Source: a virus. Taken from it: DNA of 44,231 nt. Made by a program: the position numbers and the translations under genes. The stretch lies in the IMG/VR virus record IMGVR_UViG_3300003830_000002, one strand, 5' to 3'. Below are positions 24,878-32,749 of this stretch, piece after piece; position 1 is the first letter of the stretch; each line of letters begins with the position of its first letter. The notes beneath the pieces were generated by a model. The model did no database searches, had not been told where the DNA came from, and saw only the letters and a list, made by a program, of their open reading frames with translations.

Positions 24878-26629
24878 ATGCCGGTCGAACTTCGCCCATT
24901 TCAAGCCGAACTTGAGCGCCGCGTGTACGAAGCCTGGCACGGTGGGGCGCTAAATGTCATGCCTGTGGCCGCCACGGGGTCCGGTAAAACCGTGATTCTG
25001 TCAAAGGTGCTTTACGACGAACCGGGCGCATCTATTGCCATCGCGCACCGGCAAGAACTGGTAAGCCAAATTTCCATTGCCCTGGCGCGTAACGGTGTAA
25101 GACATAGGATTGCTGGCGCTAAAAAAGGTTCAAACTTAATTAGGGTCATAAGTGCGCTGCAGGTTGCGGAATTGGGTTACAGCTTCTTTGACCCGAACGC
25201 GAAGACCGGGGTCGGCGGCGTTGATACCGTCATACGCATGGACGCTTCGGACCCATGGTTTAAGCAAGTGCGGCTTGTGGTGCAAGACGAAGCGCACCAC
25301 GTCCTAAAAACGAACAAGTGGGGCATTGCCGCCGAAATGTTCCCCAATGCGCGGTCGTTGCTCCCAACAGCTACACCACTCCGGGCGGACGGTAAGGGCC
25401 TGGGGCGGCACGCGGACGGCCTGGTCGACGCAATGGTGCTGGCGCCATCCATGCGGGACATTATCGACATGGGGTATTTAACGGATTACCGCATTTTTGC
25501 GCCGCCGTCCGACCTTGACCTTACCCAAGTTGCTTTGAGCCAGGCGACCGGGGACTTCAACGCGGACCAACTCCGCAAGGCCGTCCACAAATCCCACATT
25601 ACCGGGGACGTGGTGGCGCATTATCTCAAGCTGACGCCGGGTAAATTGGGCGTCACGTTCGCCGTCGATGTGGAAGCCGCGACCGAAATTGCGGCGGCGT
25701 TCCGTGCGGCCGGTGTGCCCGCGGAAGTGGTGAGCGCCAAAACCCCGGACGCCCTACGCTCCCAAATTCTCCGGCGCTTCAAGGCGCGGGAAATCCTGCA
25801 GCTTGTCAATGTGGATTTGTTCGGGGAAGGCTTCGACCTTCCAGCAATTGAGGTCGTGAGCTTCGCCAGGCCGACGGAATCGTTCGCCCTGTTCTGCCAG
25901 CAATTTGGCCGGGCCTTGCGTTTGATGCTATCCAAAGCAGCCGGGGCCGTGCATGCCCATTTGACGGACGCCCAACGCAAGGCCGCGATTGCCGCCAGCG
26001 AAAAGCCGGTCGCCTACATCATTGACCATGTGGGCAACGTGCTACGCCACGGGCTCCCGGATGCAAAGCGCGAATGGTCATTGAACCGTCGGGACCGCAA
26101 AAGCGGCGGCAAGTCTGACGCCATCCCCATGCGTGTGTGCGTCAATCCTGAGTGCATCCAGCCCTATGAGCGAATTTATAAATGCTGCCCATATTGCGGC
26201 CACTACCCGCCGCCGCCATCCCGGAGCGCCCCGGAGTTTGTCGACGGTGACTTGCTGGAACTGGACGCCGAAACCCTGGCCGCCTTGCGCGGGGAGATTG
26301 GGCGCATTGACGGCGACCCGGTCATTCCATACGGTGCGGCCCCGGAAGTGGTGGGAGCGGTCAAGCGACGCCATTGGGAACGCCGGGAGTCGCAAAACAA
26401 TTTGCGGAACGTGATTGCCTGGTGGGCTGGCCTTGAGAGTGCCCAAGGTCGCGGAGAGTCTGAAAGCTACCGCCGGTTTTATCACCGATTCGGCATCGAC
26501 GTCGCCAACGCGCAAACCCTCAACGCAAAGGACGCCGGGGAGCTTGCCGAACGTGTCCGCGTCGAGCTTGCAAAAAATGGAATTGACGGAACCGTCAACG
26601 CCGCGTCATACTTTGCAAATCAACTTTAA
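24878..26629 (+). CDS. SF2 DEAD/DEAH-box helicase with C-terminal zinc ribbon
   Basis: AAGGAGGGG Shine-Dalgarno. Walker A is AATGSGKT, the DEAH box is VQDEAHH, and the zinc ribbon is CVNPECIQPYERIYKCCPYCGH. Confidence 0.8.
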   Translation: MPVELRPFQAELERRVYEAWHGGALNVMPVAATGSGKTVILSKVLYDEPGASIAIAHRQELVSQISIALARNGVRHRIAGAKKGSNLIRVISALQVAELGYSFFDPNAKTGVGGVDTVIRMDASDPWFKQVRLVVQDEAHHVLKTNKWGIAAEMFPNARSLLPTATPLRADGKGLGRHADGLVDAMVLAPSMRDIIDMGYLTDYRIFAPPSDLDLTQVALSQATGDFNADQLRKAVHKSHITGDVVAHYLKLTPGKLGVTFAVDVEAATEIAAAFRAAGVPAEVVSAKTPDALRSQILRRFKAREILQLVNVDLFGEGFDLPAIEVVSFARPTESFALFCQQFGRALRLMLSKAAGAVHAHLTDAQRKAAIAASEKPVAYIIDHVGNVLRHGLPDAKREWSLNRRDRKSGGKSDAIPMRVCVNPECIQPYERIYKCCPYCGHYPPPPSRSAPEFVDGDLLELDAETLAALRGEIGRIDGDPVIPYGAAPEVVGAVKRRHWERRESQNNLRNVIAWWAGLESAQGRGESESYRRFYHRFGIDVANAQTLNAKDAGELAERVRVELAKNGIDGTVNAASYFANQL

Positions 26630-26638
26630 GGGGCAATC

Positions 26639-26914
26639 ATGGAAAACAAATGCGCCGTTCGCGGCATGATAGGTCGCGGCGCCATGTGTGGGCAAATTCT
26701 TGTTGGCGGCCAGGGTTGCGGCTATGCCGGAGCGTGCGAACATAAACAGGCCGGGTCGACATGGTATGCAATCAAGCATGACGGCGGGGACGTGGTGGCA
26801 ACTGGTGCCAGCTATCGAGAGGTGAGCGACGCGGCTTTTGCCGCCATGCCTTGGGGTGGCAATCCTGCTGGCGAAGTTGCCCCCTACTATCTCACGACAT
26901 TGGCTCCCGCATGA
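26639..26914 (+). CDS. Hypothetical Cys-rich protein
   Basis: 91 aa, coupled by ATGA to the next gene. No family recognised. Confidence 0.55.
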   Translation: MENKCAVRGMIGRGAMCGQILVGGQGCGYAGACEHKQAGSTWYAIKHDGGDVVATGASYREVSDAAFAAMPWGGNPAGEVAPYYLTTLAPA

Positions 26915-27396
26915 CACCCCACGTCTACCAATGGGCCGCCCGGCACGGTGTAAGCATGCAAGCCCTTCACGAACTGCAAGCCCTCTTTGGCATGAACGGC
27001 GGCCACGATCTACCGCCGACCGTCAAGGGCACCAGTGAAGCGGCCGTGCAATCCGCTGTGCGCCTGGAAGCGGCACGCAAGGGGGTGCGCCTGTTCCGCA
27101 ACAACGTCGGCGCCCTGATTGATTCCCGTGGCGTGCCGGTGCGGTATGGCCTGGCGAACGAATCCAAACAGGTCAACGAGGTTATGAAATCGGCGGACCT
27201 TATCGGCTGGCGGCCGCTGCAAATTGAGCAACACCACGTCGGGCAATGTGTGGCCGTCTTCGTGTCCCGCGAATGCAAAAAGGTTGGCTGGCAATATACC
27301 GGGGACGCGCACGAACTGGCGCAACTGGCTTGGGCGCAACTGGTCACGGCTTCCGGCGGCGACGCGGCCTTTTGCACCGGAGAGGGCACGCTATGA
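26911..27396 (+). CDS. VRR-NUC domain nuclease
   Basis: ATG 26911 is in an ATGA overlap. The pattern EAAVQSAV...GVRLFRNNVG...SADLIGW...FVSRECKK...ELAQLAWAQLVTASGG fits the VRR-NUC E..D..EVK..Q layout. Confidence 0.65.
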   Translation: MTPHVYQWAARHGVSMQALHELQALFGMNGGHDLPPTVKGTSEAAVQSAVRLEAARKGVRLFRNNVGALIDSRGVPVRYGLANESKQVNEVMKSADLIGWRPLQIEQHHVGQCVAVFVSRECKKVGWQYTGDAHELAQLAWAQLVTASGGDAAFCTGEGTL

Positions 27397-28094
27397 AAAT
27401 TCAAACATGCCCGGAATGTGGGGAAATTTTGCCGGTTGTTGATGCTGATAAGGTCGCATGCGACGCCTGTGGTACTTGCGTCGATTACGATAAACCCAAG
27501 CATGTGATTGCTCTATCGGGCGGTAAGGATTCGACGGCGCTGGCGTTGCGCTTGATGGAAGTTGAACCCCGCGACTATGAGTTCATTTGCAATTACACCG
27601 GCAACGAACTTCCCGAACTGTTCGACCACCTTGAACGCATGGAACAGCTTTTGGGTAAGCCAATAAAGCGCGTCGCCTACCATACCGACCTTTATGGGTT
27701 GATTGATGAAACCCAAATGCTGCCCAATTTTCGCGCCAGGTTTTGCACCCGCGTTTTGAAGATTGAACCGACCATAGAATATTTCGAGAGTTTGCCAGCC
27801 GGTTCCGTGTTATATGTTGGACTCCGGGCCGACGAAGAATTGCGCCAAGGTCTTTTTGGTGAAGATATTGTGTCGCGGTTCCCCATGCGGGAATGGGATT
27901 GGGGCATAAAGGAGGTTTACAGTTATCTTGACGACCGGGGAATTTGCGTGCCGACGCGGACTGATTGCGCCGTATGCCCTTTCCAACGCCTTGGGGAATG
28001 GCGCGACCTTTGGCTAAATAACCCCTTTGAATATTGGAGGGGGGGCCGCCGTGGAAATGCACTACGGCCACACGTTCCGAAGCCCTGGTCGTGA
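27393..28094 (+). CDS. PAPS-reductase-like PP-loop protein with N-terminal zinc ribbon; reading frame broken at a G7 run (intact form would end at 28197)
   Basis: ATG 27393 is in an ATGA overlap. The PP-loop is ALSGGKDSTA. After GGGGGGG (28039-28045) the assembled frame yields 17 unrelated residues before the stop. The +1 frame continues as AAVEMHYGHTFRSPGRDTWPASLVDLAKEFERGRP..., which looks like the natural C-terminus. Confidence 0.7.
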   Translation: MKIQTCPECGEILPVVDADKVACDACGTCVDYDKPKHVIALSGGKDSTALALRLMEVEPRDYEFICNYTGNELPELFDHLERMEQLLGKPIKRVAYHTDLYGLIDETQMLPNFRARFCTRVLKIEPTIEYFESLPAGSVLYVGLRADEELRQGLFGEDIVSRFPMREWDWGIKEVYSYLDDRGICVPTRTDCAVCPFQRLGEWRDLWLNNPFEYWRGGRRGNALRPHVPKPWS

Positions 28095-28200
28095 TACCTG
28101 GCCCGCAAGCCTTGTCGACCTTGCAAAAGAGTTTGAGCGTGGGCGCCCAATCCGCAAGAGCAAGCGCGACGAAACGTGCCGGGTTTGTTCTCTCTGACCG

Positions 28201-28229
28201 TTGACGGCCCCGTCACCATAACGCATAAT
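28201..28229 (+). promoter_or_regulatory. Sigma70-type promoter TTGACG-N17-CATAAT without operator, upstream of the TetR-like gene
   Basis: Hexamers and spacer were counted by hand. It lies 30 nt upstream of ATG 28259. Confidence 0.5.
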
Positions 28230-28258
28230 GCACCAACTATTCACCGGATACCCTTACC

Positions 28259-28561
28259 ATGCGCCTACACCCTGACAACCGAAAAGAACAAATCATTGAT
28301 GCCGCCGTGAAGGTCGCCGGACAGCCTGGGGGCTGGGCAAAGCTGACACGCGAAGCCGTCGCCCGTGAAGCCCAATGCGCCGAAGGGCTTATTTCAAAAT
28401 ATTTCGGCACCATGATTACGTTTCGACGCACCATCATGCGCCACGCAATCAAGGCCGCGAACCTGTCCGTCGTCGCCCAAGGTTTGGCGGCCGGTGACAG
28501 CTATGCAAAGAAAGCCGACCCGGAGTTGAAGGCCCGCGCACTCGAAACCCTGGCAGGTTGA
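28259..28561 (+). CDS. Short TetR-like HTH DNA-binding protein (DNA-binding domain only)
   Basis: RKEQIIDAAVKVAGQPGGWAKLTREAVAREAQCAEGLISKYFGT follows the TetR_N pattern. At 100 aa it is too short to carry a ligand-binding domain. Confidence 0.6.
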   Translation: MRLHPDNRKEQIIDAAVKVAGQPGGWAKLTREAVAREAQCAEGLISKYFGTMITFRRTIMRHAIKAANLSVVAQGLAAGDSYAKKADPELKARALETLAG

Positions 28562-28564
28562 CCA

Positions 28565-30958
28565 ATGCGCGAACTTCCACCAGCTTTAGGGCCAATGGGT
28601 GCATATCGACAATTTATTGTTTATATGGCGCAACCCAGCCGAACACGCCCCGGCAAAACTGACAAATTCCCCGCCGACTTCCGCTCCGGCCGTGTGGTAT
28701 CCGCGCACGACCCCTCCTTTTGGACGGACCACGCGACCGCCATTGCCGCCGCCACGACGCTGGGTGGCTCCTACGGCGTGGGGTTCGTTTTCACGGAAGC
28801 CGACCCCTTTTGGTTTATCGACCTTGATGGTTGCCTATTGCCCGACGGTTCCGATTGGTCCCCGGTAGCAAAGGTGCTTTGTGGGGCGTTTGCTGGCGCC
28901 GCTGTGGAAGTGAGCCAAAGCGGCCGGGGCTTGCATATTTTCGGAAGCGGCCGCCCGCCCCTGCATGGTTGCAAAAATGAAGCCCTGGGCCTTGAGTTCT
29001 ACCATTCCGGGCGCTTCGTTGCACTCACGGGCACCAGCGCCAGCGGTAACGCCGCCGCGGACTTTACGCATCTACTACCCAGCCTGGTCGCGCAATACTT
29101 CCCGCCGGACGCCGCGCAAGCCATGGAACAAGGATGGACCGAAGGCCCGGCCGCCGAATGGCGCGGACCTACCGACGACGACGAACTTATCCGCCGGGCG
29201 TTGCGGTCACAATCCACGGCTTCCGCATTTGGGGGCCGGGCCAGCTTTGCGGACCTGTGGACGGGCAACATGGAAGCCCTGGCCCGCGCCTACCCTGACC
29301 CCGCCCGCGGCTATGATTCCAGTAGCGCCGACGCCGCCCTGGCGCAACATTTGGCATTTTGGACGGGCAAAGATTGCGCCCGGATTGATAGGCTTATGCG
29401 CCGTTCCGAGCTGGCCCGTGACAAGTGGGAACGTGAAGACTATTTGCCCCGCACCATCCTGGGCGCCGTGGGCCGTCAATTTGAAGTGCTGACCGACAAG
29501 GCCCTTGAACCTGTGGCCGGTGCGCCAGAAAGCCCGGCACCCAGCGCCAGCACCGAACCGCCCCGGCCGACCATGGTGACGGGCGCCAGCTTCGTGAATA
29601 ACGACATGCAATTGCAACTGTTCGCCGGTTGCGTCTACGTTCAAGACCTTCACCGCGTCCTAGTGCCTGGCGGCGTCATGCTCAAGCCGGAGCAATTCAA
29701 AGTTCATTTTGGCGGCTACACCTTCACCATGGATGCCGCGAACGAAAAGACAACAAAGGACGCATGGGAAGCCTTCACGCAAAGCCAGGCTTACCGCTGC
29801 CCGCGTGCAAATGCCCCATGCTTCCGACCTGACTTGCCGCCCGGCTCCCTGGTGCAGCGCGGGGGCCAAACCTTTGTCAACACCTATTGGCCGGTCGATG
29901 TTCCGCGCAAAGCTGGGGACGGCTCCCCGTTCCTCAATCACTTGGCAAAGGTGTTACCGGACGAACGCGACCGCTTTATCCTGCTGTGCTACATGGCCGC
30001 ATGCGTGCAACACAAGGGCGTTAAATTCCAATGGGCGCCGCTTCTGCAGGGCGTTGAAGGTAACGGCAAAACCCTGTTCACCCGGTGCGTTGCGGAAGCC
30101 GTGGGGCGCCGTTATGTCCATTGGCCCAAGGCGTCAAAGCTGGCCGCGCAATTCAATTCATGGATGATTGGGAAACTCTTTTACGGCGTGGAAGATATTT
30201 ACGTGCCGGACCAAAAGCGCGAAATTATCGAAGAGTTGAAACCCATGATTACCGGCGGCGACGGCCTGGAAATTGAAGGCAAGGGCGTCGACCAAATCAG
30301 CGCGGACGTGTGCGGCAATTTCATGTTCAACAGCAACCACCAAGACGCCGTAAGGAAGACCAAAAACGACCGCCGGTTCTGCCTGCTATTCAGTGCCCAA
30401 CAACAGGCCGAAGACTTGAAGCGCGACGGCATGGATGGTGATTACTTCCCGCGCCTTTATGACTGGCTCCGGGCTGACGGTTACGCCATTGTTTCGGACT
30501 TGCTCCACACGTTCCCAATCCCTGACGAATACAACCCGGCCACACATTGCCAACGGGCACCAGTCACCACCAGCACCGCGGCCGCTATCAGCGCCAGCAC
30601 GGGCGGCGTCGAACAAGAGGTACACGAAGCCATCGCCCAAGGGCTCCCCGGCTTTTGCGGGGGCTGGATATCGTCAATTCAACTCGACCGCCTGCTGGAA
30701 CGCCTGGGGGTTGCCCGCCGCGTCACGCATTCCAAACGTAAAGAAATGCTCAACGACCTGGGGTATGCCTACCATCCCGCCCTTGTGGAAGGTCGCGTCA
30801 ACAATCTGGTATTGCCGGACGGCGGAAAGCCCCGCCTCTTTGTCAAGACCGACAGCCCCGCCCGTGCCATCCAAGGGGCCGCGGAAGCCGCCAAAGCCTA
30901 CGAACAGGCCAACAACCATAACCGCGTGCCGTTCCCCCTGGCGCCCGTGCATCTATGA
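28565..30958 (+). CDS. Bifunctional primase-polymerase (AEP) / SF3 helicase (D5/P4-like)
   Basis: AEP motifs are FIDLDGC and SGRGLHIFG. The C-terminal half carries the Walker A LLQGVEGNGKTLF; 797 aa. Confidence 0.8.
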   Translation: MRELPPALGPMGAYRQFIVYMAQPSRTRPGKTDKFPADFRSGRVVSAHDPSFWTDHATAIAAATTLGGSYGVGFVFTEADPFWFIDLDGCLLPDGSDWSPVAKVLCGAFAGAAVEVSQSGRGLHIFGSGRPPLHGCKNEALGLEFYHSGRFVALTGTSASGNAAADFTHLLPSLVAQYFPPDAAQAMEQGWTEGPAAEWRGPTDDDELIRRALRSQSTASAFGGRASFADLWTGNMEALARAYPDPARGYDSSSADAALAQHLAFWTGKDCARIDRLMRRSELARDKWEREDYLPRTILGAVGRQFEVLTDKALEPVAGAPESPAPSASTEPPRPTMVTGASFVNNDMQLQLFAGCVYVQDLHRVLVPGGVMLKPEQFKVHFGGYTFTMDAANEKTTKDAWEAFTQSQAYRCPRANAPCFRPDLPPGSLVQRGGQTFVNTYWPVDVPRKAGDGSPFLNHLAKVLPDERDRFILLCYMAACVQHKGVKFQWAPLLQGVEGNGKTLFTRCVAEAVGRRYVHWPKASKLAAQFNSWMIGKLFYGVEDIYVPDQKREIIEELKPMITGGDGLEIEGKGVDQISADVCGNFMFNSNHQDAVRKTKNDRRFCLLFSAQQQAEDLKRDGMDGDYFPRLYDWLRADGYAIVSDLLHTFPIPDEYNPATHCQRAPVTTSTAAAISASTGGVEQEVHEAIAQGLPGFCGGWISSIQLDRLLERLGVARRVTHSKRKEMLNDLGYAYHPALVEGRVNNLVLPDGGKPRLFVKTDSPARAIQGAAEAAKAYEQANNHNRVPFPLAPVHL

Positions 30959-31119
30959 GCCCCGGCCACTTCACCAACATGGCGACACTGATTTGCGGCC
31001 CCGCGGGCTTGCTGGTGCGCTATGAGTGGTCGGGGCGATTGCTTCCGCTGGAATTTCTACCGGGGCGCCCGGCGGGTCAAGAGCATCAAGAAAGCGGCGG
31101 CCGTAATCCAAGCCGCTGA
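30955..31119 (+). CDS. 54-aa ORF candidate coupled to the primase gene
   Basis: ATGA overlap with the primase stop. Hand translation gives MSPGHFTNMATLICGPAGLLVRYEWSGRLLPLEFLPGRPAGQEHQESGGRNPSR. There is no independent support. Confidence 0.3.
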   Translation: MSPGHFTNMATLICGPAGLLVRYEWSGRLLPLEFLPGRPAGQEHQESGGRNPSR

Positions 31120-31127
31120 AAAACTTG

Positions 31128-31157
31128 TTGACGCTAGATAAATAATTTAGCTATAAT
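31128..31157 (+). promoter_or_regulatory. Sigma70-type promoter TTGACG-N18-TATAAT with operator in the spacer (drives the pentapeptide/ParB-like operon)
   Basis: The sequence is cttgTTGACG ctagataaataatttagc TATAAT. It lies 41 nt upstream of ATG 31198, which has a GGAGAGG Shine-Dalgarno. Confidence 0.7.
31135..31153. promoter_or_regulatory. 19-bp operator palindrome, 1 mismatch (TAGATAAAT A ATTTAGCTA)
   Basis: Compared with the perfect copy at 32695-32713. It overlaps the -10 hexamer. Confidence 0.65.
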
Positions 31158-31197
31158 TTACCCGTGACATATTTTTAACCACCTGGAGAGGTACACC

Positions 31198-31800
31198 ATG
31201 AAGATTGAAATCAAAAGCCGCTTTTATCTGCAAATCTTGTTCTCACATGAATGCGAAGACAACAGCGTCGCAATTACTTTGGCCGCCGCGATAAACGCGA
31301 AAGCGAACCTTTACGGCGCGGACCTTCGCGGCGCGAACCTTCGCGGCGCGAACCTTTACGGCGCGGACCTTTACGGCGCGAACCTTCGCGGCGCGGACCT
31401 TTACGGCGCGAACCTTTACGGCGCGAACCTTTACGGCGCGGACCTTTACGGCGCGAACCTTCGCGGCGCGGACCTTTACGGCGCGAACCTTCGCGGCGCG
31501 AACCTTTACGGCGCGAACCTTCGCGGCGCGGACCTTGGTGAATCTGGAAAATTGACCGGCGACCGTCCGTTTTTCCAAGTCGGCCCAATCGGTTCGCGGC
31601 AAGACGTTTTAGCGGCGTTCCTCACGGAAAAGGGGGTATTCCTTCGCGCCGGTTGTTTCTTCGGCACTGTGGAAGAGTTCAAGGGCAAGCTGCAGGACAA
31701 ACACGGGGACAACTTGCACGCGGTCGAATACCGCGCCGCTTTGGTGCTGATTGAAGCGCATTATTCCGCCTGGCCCGCGACTGTGACCGAAGGGGAATAA
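31198..31800 (+). CDS. Pentapeptide-repeat protein (16 consecutive A(N/D)L(Y/R)G units) with unique N- and C-terminal domains
   Basis: The translation shows [15 protein letters not shown] ... ADLGE without interruption. It is flanked by a 35-aa N-terminal segment and an approximately 85-aa C-terminal segment ([32 protein letters not shown]...). Confidence 0.85.
   Translation: MKIEIKSRFYLQILFSHECEDNSVAITLAAAINAKANLYGADLRGANLRGANLYGADLYGANLRGADLYGANLYGANLYGADLYGANLRGADLYGANLRGANLYGANLRGADLGESGKLTGDRPFFQVGPIGSRQDVLAAFLTEKGVFLRAGCFFGTVEEFKGKLQDKHGDNLHAVEYRAALVLIEAHYSAWPATVTEGE
31303..31542 (+). repeat. Tandem repeat, 16 x 15 bp, GCG(A/G)ACCTT(TA/CG)CGGC
   Basis: The units were aligned by hand. 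They vary only at the A/G position and the TA/CG dinucleotide; the last unit is degenerate. The repeat is in frame with the pentapeptide CDS. Confidence 0.9.
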
Positions 31801-31802
31801 GC

Positions 31803-32642
31803 ATGGAAAATTTTACAGACACAATGACCGCGGGCAACGTCAAAGCCGCAATGAAAGAAGTCGGCGCCGTGAGTGCTGACCTGTGGCAAGTCACGCCGGA
31901 CAAATTGCGGGTGCTGGAAGGCTTCAATGCCCGCGTGAAGAATGAAGCGTACACCGGCCGCGTGCGCTGGATTGCTGACAGCATCAAGGCAAACGGCTAT
32001 TACAAGGATAAGCCCCTTTCCGGCTTCGTGGCCCGTGAAGGCGACGACAACGTCATTTATGTGACCGGGGGCCATCGTCGGCATGAAGCCGTTTTGCTGG
32101 CTATCAGTGAAGGCGTGGAAGTGCCCGCCGTGCCGGTTATCGTGAGCCCCAAGGGCACCAGCATGGAAGACTTAACGGTCGCCCTTGTGGTGGGCAATGA
32201 CGGGGAGCCCTTGAGCCTGTACGAAGCCGCGGTCGTGTGCAAGCGCCTGGCGGCCTTCGGCTGGTCTTCCCAAGAGATTGCCCGGCGCCTGGGGTATGCG
32301 TCCGCACAATACGTCGACGGCCTGCTGGCGCTGGCCGGGGCACCCCTGGCAATCCGCAAAATGGTAATGGAAAACGTCATTGCGGCCACGACAGCCATTG
32401 AAGCCATAAAGAAGCACGGGGACAAGGCGGTCGACGTGCTGCTGGCCGCCTTGGTCAAGTCCGGGGGCGGGCGTGTCACGACCAAGCACATGCCGCAAGC
32501 TGAATTCAAAAAGGCCGTGCGCAAGCTGGCCGAACCGATGCACACGGCGTTGACCAAGGTGCAGGCCGACCCCGGCTTCGCCAGCCTATCGGAAGAGGTC
32601 CGGGGTATCCTGGCGGAACTGCTGGGGAGCATCAAGCAGTAG
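31803..32642 (+). CDS. ParB/KorB-like N-terminal-domain protein with HTH (no ParA partner in the genome)
   Basis: ParB box motifs are LRVLEGFNAR and VIYVTGGHRRHEAVLLA. The HTH is SSQEIARRLGYASAQYVDGLLAL. It starts 3 nt after the pentapeptide gene stop. Confidence 0.7.
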   Translation: MENFTDTMTAGNVKAAMKEVGAVSADLWQVTPDKLRVLEGFNARVKNEAYTGRVRWIADSIKANGYYKDKPLSGFVAREGDDNVIYVTGGHRRHEAVLLAISEGVEVPAVPVIVSPKGTSMEDLTVALVVGNDGEPLSLYEAAVVCKRLAAFGWSSQEIARRLGYASAQYVDGLLALAGAPLAIRKMVMENVIAATTAIEAIKKHGDKAVDVLLAALVKSGGGRVTTKHMPQAEFKKAVRKLAEPMHTALTKVQADPGFASLSEEVRGILAELLGSIKQ

Positions 32643-32662
32643 CCAAAATTAAATTTTCAATT

Positions 32663-32684
32663 GCCCGCCGCGTGCGGGCTTTTT
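32663..32684 (+). terminator. Rho-independent terminator after the ParB-like gene
   Basis: Stem GCCCGC-cgcgt-GCGGGC followed by TTTTT, 20 nt after the stop codon. Confidence 0.75.
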
Positions 32685-32688
32685 CTTG

Positions 32689-32717
32689 TTGACGTAGATA
32701 AATTATTTATCTATAAT
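32689..32717 (+). promoter_or_regulatory. Sigma70-type promoter TTGACG-N17-TATAAT with a perfect operator in the spacer
   Basis: The sequence is cttgTTGACG tagataaattatttatc TATAAT. It drives the 99-aa gene at 32750. Confidence 0.75.
32695..32713. promoter_or_regulatory. 19-bp operator, perfect palindrome TAGATAAAT T ATTTATCTA
   Basis: The reverse complement of TAGATAAAT is ATTTATCTA. The operator fills the spacer and overlaps the first two bases of the -10 hexamer. Confidence 0.7.
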
Positions 32718-32749
32718 TGAGCCATCAACAACGCAACGGAGCCCCGAAA

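Noticed and set aside
31243-31602. Alternative-frame and antisense ORFs over the 15-bp repeats (31243-31602 minus, 31251-31541 plus, 31274-31588 minus), and a possible CRISPR-like array
   Set aside because: The repeats are contiguous 15-mers with no spacers, so this is not a CRISPR array. Only the 31198 frame has a promoter, a Shine-Dalgarno and non-repetitive flanking domains. The other frames exist simply because a repeat that stays open in one frame tends to stay open in the others.
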